This document shows positions 12,651 to 26,787 of a stretch of DNA of 64,000 bases, in pieces. This DNA comes from Utricularia gibba (lineage: Eukaryota; Plantae; Magnoliophyta). Location: the NCBI GenBank assembly GCA_002189035.1, contig NEEC01000012.1, forward strand, positions 3,038,001 to 3,102,000, written 5' to 3'. The notes below the pieces were generated by a model, which saw only the letters and a list, made by a program, of their open reading frames with translations, was not told where the DNA came from and did not search any database. Made by a program: the position numbers and the translations under genes. Numbering within the stretch: the stretch's first letter is position 1; each line of letters begins with the position of its first letter.

Positions 12651-13912
12651 TTACAGAGAAAAGGGCTTTGAATAGACATGAAATGGTTCGTTAGTACTAA
12701 GCTGTGGTTCCTGCAAACATTACAGAGATGCACCACCATGTTAGCGCTTGTCTGATTGTTGTTAAGGTTATCAAGTTCTGGTACCTGTGCAAGCCCAAAG
12801 CCGAAGCTACCCCCTGTCAACAGCATTGTAATGAGAGACGTCACGATCCCGCCTCCGGCAAGGAAATCGTCTTGCGATCTCCTGATGATAGACCTCATAG
12901 CATTCAGGAGATTCCCGTACGTAGTTCCTTGGCCCCTTTCTATTGCTTGAATGATCGCAAATGTCATCGCCCCAGTTGAAGTCACTTTAGACAGAGCCTG
13001 TGCACCATTAAAGATCAAGTTCGAGCGGCGGCTAATTGTTACTACTTGCAGGTAAACGTCATCTGAAACTTACAGATGTATCTACAGAGACTTGGTTGTC
13101 ATCACAGCCACTGAAAGATATGGCTTCTCCGCCACTTGTTCCCGTCCAAGTTCCGTTTCTGGGACGCTGATCTTCCCAAGCATAGCCTCCATTTCTGCCC
13201 ATTCTACAGATATAAGGCAGATCGAGGACGGTGCCGCTGTGACATGCGTCGATGATGGCGTGTAGCTTGACACCAGGAGGAAGAGGTCTCACGATCGTTG
13301 CGTTAATTTCGTTGTCGACGATCATCCCCTGGCTCTGGAAATCCAACGGAAGTATTGTCTCATCGTAGCCGTCGATCTCATCGCCTGTATAGTTCCGTTG
13401 CTGGGATCCATGGCCGGAGTAGTGGAACACCAGGGAATCACCCGGCTGGCAGTTCATCACAAGCCAAGTCATAGCCATTCTTATGTTGTGCTTTGTGGGA
13501 ATTCTGTACGGATCCCTTTCCTCCTCTGCAACGAGGCAGAAATTGAGTAAAAAACTAAAAGAATACATCTTTATTGAAGATCAATTGGTATTACCGGTGA
13601 GCATGAGAATGGATGTTTCAGGGAAATTAAACCGGTTAACGAGTAAGTACTTGATGCATTTTGCGTCGTTGATGCACCCCTTAAGCTCGTGCCTCGAGTA
13701 CCTGTACGTTATTCCGACGATCACCGCCCTTTTCCGGCCGAAGACTTGTGGCGGGGACCACGAGGAGAATGGTTGTACGGCGACGGCGGAGGGTGTAAAG
13801 AATGAGACGGCGAGGCGATGTATGTGATCGCCCTGCAGACGGCGCATCGGATGGAGTCAGCCGCCGGAGGTAGCTGCAGAGGTATGCGACAGTGGGAGCA
13901 GTTGACTAGCAT
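12651..13912 (-). CDS. MC1: Type I metacaspase with LSD1-type zinc-finger prodomain, 4 exons; apparent frameshift at 13753-13756
   Basis: MLVNCSHCRIPLQLPPAADSIRCAVCRA zinc finger; GRKRAVIVGITY..LKGCINDAK; catalytic dyad in FHYSGHG and DACHSG; terminal EPQLSTNEPFHVYSKPFSL*. Confidence 0.93.
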
Positions 13913-14683
13913 TTTGGATTATTTTCCAACTTCCACAAGCTCCTCCTTTTTCTTCTTCCTACCTCTAGATTTCATAAAAACAACCAGAAAAGCACATCAA
14001 TGCCTGAGAAAGTGTTTATTTTTTTTGTTAGAAATTGCAATAACTGGAATCTGGTTGAACAAAAGTTTTCCCTTGCCAAAAAACAAAAGAAATATTGATG
14101 GTGGTCGAATGAAGACACGACATTCTTCCAGTGAAGAGCATTTTGCGAACTCTGATAACCCAAGAGAAGAAGAAAATGGGAAGAGGGCAACAAGAACCTG
14201 CTCTACGAAGCGCGAAATATTTTCTGGGATTTGCATAAATCGATTGAAGTGAAAGCAAAATCGTGTCTTTAGGTTTATATCACAGGAGTTGTTGGCTGTC
14301 GTTCTTCCCCAGTCACCACCTTCACCAACAGCACCAGGTGACTGCATGTATTTAATTCCTTCAAAGTCCTCAGAGTAATGCATGCCCCGCTGGAAGCATC
14401 TATTCCCGGAATTGGAAGCAACAACTGGGACGGTTTGGGGGATTCGGTTGTTTGGCTGATTTGATTTACTCACGAGGCTTGCGCTTTCGGCATCTTATCC
14501 GTCAGCATGTGTAGGACGATACCTCTTTGTCATCTGGGTAGTTAATGCGTGCGTGTATGTATGTATGCTGTTTAGTTGTATATATACCTGGGTTTTGCAG
14601 GATGGATCCTATGCCTTTTTCCTTCTGTTGTTGTTCTTATTCTGTCGTTTACAATTTCACTTCTGAAGCATTTTCTTGTGTAG

Positions 14684-16753
<2,070 letters not shown>

Positions 16754-17184
16754 CGGATTCCGATTCTATGCCTCCTCTTTTCTTCCCTTCCCTTTTCCTT
16801 TTGGTTCAACAGCAGCTCTTCCATCCACAACCATCTTCTCGTCTCAAGACGAACACCCGACATCATCCAAATTTGGATTCTCAAGTACCATAAATTAATA
16901 TTTTGAAAAAAAAGATGATGAGGTTGAGCTTCGGAAATTATTGTCATTTTTTTTTGTTATACAATCCAATAATTTTTATATTAAATTTTAAAAAATTTAA
17001 AAATTAGATAATTATTTTATTTTTTAGTAGTTGTATTTAATAAAAAGTAATAAGTTAATAATCATGATTAATAAAAATTCAACTTACTTTTATAAATCAA
17101 TTTATTTTTATCTACTCGTTAATTTAGGATGCATTTTTAATTGTATAAATTTTATGTGAAAACTACTGTTTTGAACAGTTTGTC

Positions 17185-17336
17185 GTGTTTGGAAAAGTAT
17201 TTTGGAATCTACTTTTACTCTTTAAAAAATAAAATTACTTATTCATAGACAAGTTATTTTTGCTAATAAATTTATCAAAAATATTTCTGAATGCTAAGTT
17301 CACAATAAAAATATGTTACTTTTTCATTCCAAACTC
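17185..17336. mobile_element. Possible degenerate Tourist-like MITE
   Basis: About 150 bp AT-rich segment with gtgtttggaa at the left end and ttccaaactc at the right end (imperfect inverted termini resembling Tourist/PIF TIRs); no clear TSD. Confidence 0.25.
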
Positions 17337-17766
17337 AAATTTTATGGATTTAAATAATCAAAGAGAATCCTGGAACTAGAATTGGGCAGGGGCCGCGCGA
17401 ACGCAGGCCCCCTCTACCACAAATTATAACGTAGGCTCGACCCATTGGGCCGACCTTAAGCATGCACCCTTCCGAAGTGCAATGGAAGTCACAAGCTTAG
17501 GCCATGGGTCTTATTGATCGCCCATCAACCCCGTTCAGGTAAGTGAACTTCAGTGTGTCAAGCGCTAGTTATTTATGCTCCAGAAGCCTTTGCTGAATAC
17601 TTTATTTTCCCGATGTGGGATTAACAAACCTCGCTTTCAATTCTGAGACGACGTCGAGTTTGATTATCCAAGTCTTTTTTTCGTCGAATACAAAAATCTG
17701 TATTTGTCGTCGCACCGCACGCATTACGGAGTGGGTGTCGCCGATTCTGATCTGTGTTAAGAACAA

Positions 17767-20091
17767 ATGGGCAACTCTTCTCCGCCGCCATCCGATGCGG
17801 ATTCTACACCGGAGGTTCGTCTGATAGAGGCAGAGAGGAGGTTGAAGGAAGCTATGGAAGAGCTTCAGCGACACCAGAGGAGTGGTACGTCGGGAGAACT
17901 TCTGTACCCACCCTGCGATCATGCCGACGAATCGTGCATCGCGAATGCTTTAGGCAACCTGTGCCAGAGCTTCCTGCTTTCTTATGGTATTCGCGTTGGG
18001 ATTGGAATTCTATTGCGGGCGTTTAAGCTCGCTCGCCTCAAGTCATACTCCTCGATTCTTAATCTCAAGGTGCGTATCTGTGTGTCCGGGGCTCCAATTT
18101 TGACTTCCTGGATTTTGAATCATATCTTCTTCTTCTTTTCCGCTTGTGCTGATGTGTCGTTTAATTCAATTGGTTTGATCATGATGGAATACCAGGAATC
18201 TTAGTTCTCCCTTGGATTCTGTATGGGAGTACCATTGATTATCGCTGAGTCTATGGAATCTGATAACTCACACCTATTCATACTTGTGAGGATTTTTTGA
18301 ATTGTATTATCTAGTGTTTGAACAGCAAATTCATTACAGAAACTTGTATCAGAGAAAGACCTTATAGTAAGGGAGGAAGCTTGCCGAATCGGCTTACTTT
18401 TCGGCGGATTCACAGGCTCCTATCATGCTCTGAGGTGTTTGCTGAGGAAACTGAGAAAGAAGGAGACTCCTGTAAATGCGTGAGTCGAAAGCAAGCAAGA
18501 TTTAGCCTTCAGTTGTCATTGTTTGCATATGTGTTATCTAAAAATAACCTTGATAAAGGGGGTGATCATGGAACAGAATTCTAGCGGGTGCAGTTTCAGG
18601 TTTGTCCATCTTAGCGCTGGATGATTCTACAAGAAGGCGCACGCTGGCGTTATACCTCCTTGCCAGGGTTGCTCAGGTTCTGGCTTCGCTTGTCCCTCGC
18701 TCGTTTGTTGATTATCCTTATCTACTTGACATTCCATTATTTGATCAGTGTGCATACAACTCCGCTAAATCAAAAAACAAGTTCCATCTCTGGGGAAGCC
18801 ACTGGAGTCATGGAGATACTTTGCTATTTTCATTAGCGTGTGCGCAGGTAACCGAACCAGTCAACCTGTTCTTTGATTTTTACATGTATTGAGAGATTTT
18901 ATAAAACAGCTCTGGTGCTGAACTTCTCAGGTTATGTATGCCTTTATAATGCGTCCAGAGAGTTTGCCACAATCATACCATGACTTCATTCAGAAAACTG
19001 GACCTGTCTCTGCTATTGCATACAAAGCTGTAAGAAATTGCTGCAGAGGTTCTCCCGTAGATGTTGCCGCACTATCTGCAAACTTTCCCAGTACAGTGAA
19101 GTTGGAAGAGTTCCCTGGTATTATTCCTTGTTCAGTCATTCATCCCAACACAAATTCTTGCTTGGTCCACAACGCAAATGCATTCTCTGGCACCTTCAGA
19201 AAAACTTTTCCATTCTATTTTTCATTGACCTTTGTTCCGTTTGTTGTTCTTCGCCTGCAAAAGGTACGTAAGGAATTTTAGGAAAGAAAACACTGCAGAA
19301 AGTTCATTATTCTTACCACGGTATATGTTTTTCCAGTTCATGGATGCTCCCGCTAGGACGTGTTTGAATGCGGTTACAGATGCTATTCGCTCTACAACCT
19401 TCTTGTCTGCTTTTGTTGGTATCTTTCAGGTACTCAACTCTCGTGTTTAGGTGTCATTCAACTTTGCGACTTCCTTGCTTCGCATGCTTATACAGACACT
19501 TATCAATGTTTAGTTACTGACTGGTGCTCCCCTGACTAAAGGGGATAATATGTTTACATAGGAAAGTAGCTGTGAAAGACCACAAACTGCTATACTGGCT
19601 TTCAGGAGCAGTAGCTGGACTCTCTGTATTATTGGAGAAGAAAGCTAGACGTGGAGAACTGGCTTTATATGTTCTTCCACGAGCAGGAGATTCTTTGTGG
19701 CATATTTTGGTGAACAGACGTTTATTTCCAGATATAAAGAATGCAGAGGTATCATCATCCTCAGTCTCACCTTCATATCCTCTACTTTTACTGATCCTGA
19801 GAGAACTCCAAACATTCATCCACAGGTGGCTTTGTTCTGTGCATGTACCGGCGGAATTATGTATTATCTTGAGCATGAACCGTATACGATGTCCCCGTTG
19901 CTCCGGGTATGATACGCCGTTTTCTGGCCAGCAGAATCAGCAGTCCTAGTCCATCTTCAACTCGAAATGCCTCCCATGCATATCTGCAGACTCTAGACGC
20001 CATTAAAAAACCGCCCCAGGTGCAGGGCTCCCAGGAGAAGAAGTCCGCACCATCTGAAACCTACAATCTGGAATCAATACCTGGGCTTTGA
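17767..20091 (+). CDS. Transmembrane protein 135 (TMEM135)-like, multi-exon; apparent frameshift at 19905-19907
   Basis: CDHADESCIANALGNLCQSFLLSYGIRVGIGILLRAFKL; REEACRIGLLFGGFTGSYHALRC; RRTLALYLLAR; VMYAFIMRPESLP; LEKKARRGELALYVLPRA; C-terminus RRFLASRIS..YNLESIPGL*. Confidence 0.9.
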
Positions 20092-20674
20092 TCTCATCTC
20101 CTCAGGTAACGCTGCAACTAGTCCTACCGTTACCCAGAAGGAGCTCCATCTTCAACTCCCTTATTATAATACTAACTACTGAACCATGGTTTTCGGTAAC
20201 ATGTTCTCGATCCCATGTCTTATTTCTTTCATCGGATTGAGACTGATCTGCTTGAAATAATCGAAATGAGAAAGAATTATGGGGTCGTTGCACCCTTTCT
20301 CCATGGCCTGCGTGCCCGGTAAAAAAAGTATTCCTGATGATAATATTGGGGACTTTCTGATACGCCAATCGACACCCCAAAAATAGGCCGTGCAGCATTG
20401 GGCCAACTCCCGACCCCGGCCGCCGGAGAACCCCTGCACGATGGATGTGTCCGACCGGGACGGCGATGGGAGAAGGGGAAAGAGCACTTTGAAGGGTGTT
20501 CTCTTTGCTCTTCCAGAGGGTGAAAATCTGTTGTAAATTGAAACATTCTCCTGCTCAAAACAAGATACCACATTGCCAATTAAGAAAACAGCATAGAAAT
20601 TCATCCACTTTTCTCAGACTTAAGACTGCTTGTCATGCTGCAACTCATGCTATGCCAGAGCAGGTGCACGCTCA

Positions 20675-21626
20675 TTATATGGGCTTGATCTTGAAATGCA
20701 ATGTGATCAAGGAGAAGACAAAACACTTGAGATCCTACACAGATGAATAGAGCGTCAGTACCCAAACTAACGCAAATATGCGGAAGCAAGAACATGGTAA
20801 ATAAACAACAGAAAACAGCACTGATCCTGTGCATAGACATGGATGTCATCAAGTTCTAAGGTATACGGTTTTGGCATTACACCACACCTCCCACACACAA
20901 GAGGAATGGATGCCAACGTTGGTGAAGAACATAACACTATACTTAGACACCCCTGAGCGCTTCTAAAAGAAATATCTTACATAACAAGATCATAATGTTC
21001 ACCCCATATGAAGAATAACATCATATGATCCCTTTACTCATACAAGATCACTTCTTTCAACAATGAGAGAGAGGGAGAACAAGAATCAACAAGGATGGTG
21101 CGCCAGCATTGAATTCATGTGTAGTGTTCTAGGAGACAAAAAGTAAAACTCACCTGAACAAGATAGTAAAAGATACGCAAACCCTCGGGGTCTTTACTGG
21201 TCTGAACATCCATCAGAGATCCAATCTTGGAAGTGGTGAAGGAAATATGCTCATTACCCATCACGATCTCGAGCTCCTGCCTCCCAACACGGTCAGGCTC
21301 CGGCCAGTTGTTATCATCTTCCCTCATTATCTGCAACAGTTATCCCCATTCGAAACCCGAATTATGAAAGAAGAACGCCTCATTGAAATAAAGATCCATC
21401 CCCGCACCTCAGAATCGGCGACAATGCGACGGCACTCCCTAATTACGGCCGGCGTGAGAAAGACCTCCTTCCGAATCATGGTATCGTTCTTGTAATTGGA
21501 GTTGTTCGCGTAGCGTAGCTTCCCATCAGGGCGAAACTCGAACTCCAGAAACTCGTGCCCGAATTTACCCTTGTGACCCACATAGTAACGCAAGTAGAAT
21601 TCGCTATTCTCGTCCCCGTCCGCCAT
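20675..21626 (-). CDS. MAGO: Mago nashi (exon junction complex core), 3 exons
   Basis: [46 protein letters not shown]; [30 protein letters not shown]; [19 protein letters not shown]. Confidence 0.97.
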
Positions 21627-21938
21627 TGTTGTCGAATCCTCCAACCTCTCTGCTGCCTGCGTACCTCTCCAAAAGAGCGCGTTTCAAGAATTCGTGCCAT
21701 AAATTGAATATGGGCTTCCAGAAATTTCTAAACAAGCCCATTTCCACGGCCCCAATTAATTAATTAATTTATTGGATGATTAGTACGGATGAATCCAAGC
21801 TACCGTTTTCTATTTTCCTTTTGTTGCAGCCGCGGAAATTTCTCCCTCTCCGGAATTAACCTCGGTCAACATCTCCGGAGCTGATCTTCTACCGGCGGAA
21901 GGAGGGTATTCGGTTTCGTTTGGTTGATTGGTTCGATC
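21627..21938. promoter_or_regulatory. Bidirectional promoter between Mago nashi and RabD2
   Basis: Divergent start codons 312 bp apart; site II motifs TGGGCT (21711) and AGCCCA (about 21736). Confidence 0.6.
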
Positions 21939-23673
21939 ATGAATTCTGAATAGTACGCTTTTTTCCCCTCTCTCGTTTGAATTGCACCTTTCCGTGTCTT
22001 TCGCCTTTGGAATTTTGTTTTTTGTGCAGTAGCTGAAGATTTGGTGTGGAGACGTGTGTTTGTAGAATTTTCTGATTCAAATCTAGATAGAATTTTTTTT
22101 CTTAATCTTTTTTTAATCGGTGCTGCTTCTTCCAGTGATTACTTGTTCAAGCTTCTTTTAATCGGTGATTCGGGTGTTGGAAAGTCATGCCTCCTCCTGC
22201 GATTTGCAGTAAGTCTGAAATAAAAAATCAGCTCTAGATAGAAACGAATATGGGCGAACATTTCTGTTCGCTGTGGGAAGTTATGGAGAAATGACAATTT
22301 TTTTCACTTGTACCTGCAGGATGATTCGTATATTGACAGTTATATCAGCACAATTGGCGTTGATTTTGTAAGGGTCATTCTTTCTGTATAGAAATGCTGT
22401 CCAGAAATTGCAGTTCTTCATTCTGGCGTCCTTTTTTTCTTTCTTCAGAAGATAAGAACCGTGGAGCAAGACGGCAAGACTATTAAGCTTCAGATAGTAG
22501 GATTTTCTTTCTCTGTTCTTTTTTTCCGTACATAAAATTCCATGAAACACCATCCATTTTTTCTCTAGTTGTTTTGTTCCCAACTCAACAACTTTGTATT
22601 TACTTTTTTATGTTACCTTTTTATCGTTGTTTTGTTGCCAACTCAACAACTTTGTATTTACTTTTTTATGTTATCTTTTTATCTTTTGTTATGAGTATAT
22701 TAGTATTAGGCTGAGTTTTCCATCCCAACCCCCATGCTGTTGCCATTAATCCAAGCCAAGTGAGCTATATATGATCAGCAACAATTGTATTTCATCGAAA
22801 CAGATGTCTTGTACAGCCTACTGCTCACCTGATTTCACAACCCAGGCTAATTGATGATATTACCTGTGTTTATTCCCTCTCTGCATGTAATTCATGTATA
22901 TGTCCCTTTTGGGCACAATCATAGTAATGCCCTTATACAACTTCATCTGGGTGATCAGCATACTCATGTTTTATTCGTGTTTTACTTGCAGTGGGACACT
23001 GCTGGCCAGGAACGATTCAGGACAATAACTAGCAGCTACTACCGCGGGGCGCATGGAATAATCGTGAGTTCCTTAGAGATAGACAGCTCTCTCTGTGTCA
23101 ATTGCAGTTGCAACACCCCACGTTTCCCACTCTCTTCTTTTCATCATTTCAGATAGTGTATGATATAACAGACTCGGAAAGCTTCAACAACGTGAAACAG
23201 TGGCTGAATGAAATTGATCGGTATGCCAGCGACAATGTAAACAAGCTTCTGGTAGGGAACAAGTCTGACCTCTCTGAGAACAGAGCCGTCCCATATGAAA
23301 CAGCCAAGGTAGTAAAAACCGCTTTCCCCTTTTACATTCTGCATTCTTCAATAAAAAAAAAAACACTTGGGTCTCTCTGTTTTCTCGCATGAAGGCCTTT
23401 GCAGATGAAATCGGCATTCCCTTCCTGGAGACTAGTGCCAAAAACGCCAGCCACGTCGAACTAGCTTTCATGGCCATGTCTGCCGATATTAAGGACAGGT
23501 ATTAAATTAGCTTCCTCAATTCGACACATGGATGGTGCAAATCTACAACTATGCTGATGAATCTCTTTGATCCCAGGATGGCCAGCCAGCCACAGTCAAC
23601 CGGTTCCAGACCGGCAACTGTTCGGATCCGCGGCCAGCCTGTCGCTCAGAACAACGGCGGCTGCTGCTCTTGA
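21939..23673 (+). CDS. RABD2A: Rab GTPase RabD2/Rab1 (ARA5-like), 8 exons
   Basis: MNSEY|[24 protein letters not shown]|[16 protein letters not shown]|[16 protein letters not shown]|[24 protein letters not shown]|..[24 protein letters not shown]. Confidence 0.95.
22568..22683 (+). repeat. 58-bp tandem duplication in a RabD2 intron
   Basis: 22568-22625 and 22626-22683 are near-identical copies (gttgttttgtt[c/g]ccaactcaacaactttgtatttacttttttatgtta[c/t]ctttttatc), 2 mismatches. Confidence 0.9.
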
Positions 23674-26001
23674 AGGGATCACAGCCTGTTTCAGTCCACT
23701 GAGACGGGGCTTGGTTCTGTAGATAAATTCGGTTAATCCCATGAATAAAACCCTACTTTCCTCTTAAAAACTGATTTTCCCTTTGTATTATAAATAAAAA
23801 AATAAATATGTAATTTAAATATTTTAAAATTAATAAATAGTTATTAATAAAAAAATTATAAGAATTTACTATCCAATATAGCGTGTATCTTAATTTTTGA
23901 TCCATCTAAAATTTCAGGTGATTCGCCGCCCCGGCGTCGATCTCCGCCGTCATCCCAAACGCCCTTCGCGTACTCCGGTGGGAAATTCTCCGGTTCCCCG
24001 CGGCCCCAGGAGACATCATCGTCTCACCCTGCCCCGACCAAATTAATTAAAAATAGCAAGGATCCAAATTGGAAATAGCAACGTCCGGAGGCGTACGCAA
24101 AACCCACCCTTCCATTTCTTTTTTTTTTTAAAAATAATGTTGCATTTAGAACGTTGTTTTTTCACAATATTTAAATTACAGAATAATGCTCAAGGCACTG
24201 TGCAGTGCACGTGCGTTTGACCGCCCAGCGACCCGTCAAAACCATCCTTCTCCATCTCCCCCAACACATACAATCCCTTTCTTACCCCCAATCACCCAAC
24301 AACTAAATCACAATGAGTGTAAATATTTAATTACTGTTTATTTTAAATATTTTCCTTTTCTCAAAAAAAAAAAAAGAAACATTCCATTGGCACGTGGGAA
24401 ACGAGAAGGGGAGCAAGAGGGAGGACAGACGGGGCCCGCATGAAGACCAGCTTATGTTTCCCTTTGTCACAAAATAAGCGCGTGCGCAATTAGAAGGAAT
24501 AATTAAAAAATGGAAGAAAAGTCCAGCACCCTTAGATTAAAAAAAAGAATATATTTTATTTTCAATACAGAATAAAAACGGTTGAGTGTACGAGGAGCTC
24601 ACCCATGTTTTTCTTTTTTATACCTTGGAGTCGTAATTTTCAGAAAGGAATAATTCTTTCTTTCTTTTTTTCTAGTGATCAAATCTTTTTCGTGTGTGAA
24701 AGCATCCAATCGGAAGATGCCAACTCACAACGGTAATGAACACGTGAGGAGTTTGTAATCTGTTAATATTGCTAGTTTTGTTGACAAAAAGGAGGCAGTT
24801 AACGGATTAAACACACATACTATTTATGCAATATTGTAAATAATATATATAGATATGCATTTGTGGTAATTAATATTTTATTATCTATTTTTTTATGTAT
24901 TCAAATACCCATGTGTTGATAATTATATTTTTTTCTATACATATGATTTTTAAAACACTCGTATACGAGTTTTTTTAATCGTGTTAGATTCTTCATTTAT
25001 CTATATATCAAATACAATATTATTTTAAATATTTATTTGAAAAATTTATACGTATTTTTCTAGTGATATTATTTTTGTAGAACCCATTATAAAATATAAT
25101 CACCGTTTTAAATTAAATCAATTTTATCAAGTTTTAATTATATTCATTATAAAATAAAAATATTATAAAAAAAGTTCATTTAGAACCGATCACATTAAAT
25201 CATGAGAAGCCAATCGTTTTTTAATTTTTTCTTATTTTTATAAAAAAAATGTTAGGTCAAGTTCAAAAAAACTATAGATTTAGGTTAACATCAATTTAAT
25301 TTCGACTTAAATTCATTATTTTAAAATATTGTATAAAAAATTAAATGCAAAAAAAATGTATTTAAAAGTAATTAAAAAAACAATGTGAATATCCAACATC
25401 ATGGTAAAGTTGTCGGTACGGTAACAATTCTGGTATTCATTGTGCCCTAGATCCTAGGCACCCAGCTTCTGAACTTTTCTTACTGCACGTCGATTTAATT
25501 AATTATAAAATTATAATTTAATATCATTTATTTTTATTAATATGTTTAAAGAATAGTCGATGCTTTTCCATTTCCGATGGATTTGTTTATTTGATTGTTT
25601 ATAAGATATCATCATCACATTATATTGTTATTAATACAATAATGTTTAATCAGATTAAATGTCAATATAAAAGTCATAAGATAAGGTATATTACTTTTCA
25701 CTCAAATTATAAATTAATAATTTTAAATAATTTGCATTATATAAAAAAGTGAATTTTTTTTTGGTAAGAAAGATTATTAAAAAAAAGAGGATAATGGAGG
25801 GCAATAATTCAGTTGGACGAGACAGCAAGACGATGCTTCTTGTCGAGTTCTTCTTCCGGGGAGAACCTTCACGCCCTCCTTCCTCAACCAGGAATTCTTT
25901 ATATAAGCATTCTTTATCACTCTTGCTTTTCCACTCAGGGAACCTTCAACGCCTCCTGATTCTCTTCTTCGCCTACCCAGAACACACGCAGCGGAACACA
26001 C

Positions 26002-26787
26002 ATGGGTGCGTTTTTTGATGAAACTTCTCAGCTGGAGATGATCCGGCAGCATCTTCTGCTTGATGACATCTCCTTCATCGACAACTATGGCGACAAGTCG
26101 TGCTGTTTTTTACTTGAATCTCAGCTCTCGGCGGACTCCAATTCTCTGGTTTCAGATCTTACCATGATTTCTTCTCCTGCTTCGGTGGACACTCCTGCGT
26201 CAGGCTCTTCTTCCTCTTCGTCTTCTTCGCGTCTTATGGATTTTAGCTTTGAGAGTGGATTGCTTGAATTCGAGACCAAACCCATCAGGAAAAAGCCTTG
26301 TCTCACTGTTGCTGTTCCGGCGAACAAGGCTAAGGTGGTTACGGATTCCAATGACCGCCGTCATTACAGAGGGGTGCGGAAGAGGCCATGGGGCAAGTTT
26401 GCGGCGGAGATTCGTGATCCGAACAAAAAGGGGAGCCGGGTCTGGTTGGGAACCTACGACACTGCGGTGGAGGCAGCGCGTGCGTACGACAGGGCGGCGT
26501 TTCGGCTGAGGGGCAGCAAGGCGATACTCAACTTCCCTCTCGAGATCGGCAACTCCAACCGGAATGAACCCTTCACTGCCACAGTGGCGGTGGTGGAGAC
26601 CTCCCGGAAAAGGATGCGCGACAGCGAGGTGGCAGCGCGGCCGGTGAAGATCGAAACCGACGAGACGGAGGTACCCCTAACACCGTCGAGCTGGATGGCC
26701 GTCTGGGATTCCTTTAACGGGAATGGCATTTTCGAAATTCCGCCGCTATCTCCTCCCTCATCACCTAGGAAAGTTCCAAGACATTAA
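26002..26787 (+). CDS. AP2/ERF transcription factor, group IXb (ERF5/ERF104/ERF105-like), intronless
   Basis: [10 protein letters not shown]-terminal motif; [59 protein letters not shown]; C-terminal PLTPSSW..PPLSP putative MAPK sites. Confidence 0.93.
   Translation: MGAFFDETSQLEMIRQHLLLDDISFIDNYGDKSCCFLLESQLSADSNSLVSDLTMISSPASVDTPASGSSSSSSSSRLMDFSFESGLLEFETKPIRKKPCLTVAVPANKAKVVTDSNDRRHYRGVRKRPWGKFAAEIRDPNKKGSRVWLGTYDTAVEAARAYDRAAFRLRGSKAILNFPLEIGNSNRNEPFTATVAVVETSRKRMRDSEVAARPVKIETDETEVPLTPSSWMAVWDSFNGNGIFEIPPLSPPSSPRKVPRH

Noticed and set aside
22740-22840. Possible intronic box C/D snoRNA in the RabD2 intron
   Set aside because: No canonical RUGAUGA C box and no terminal stem.
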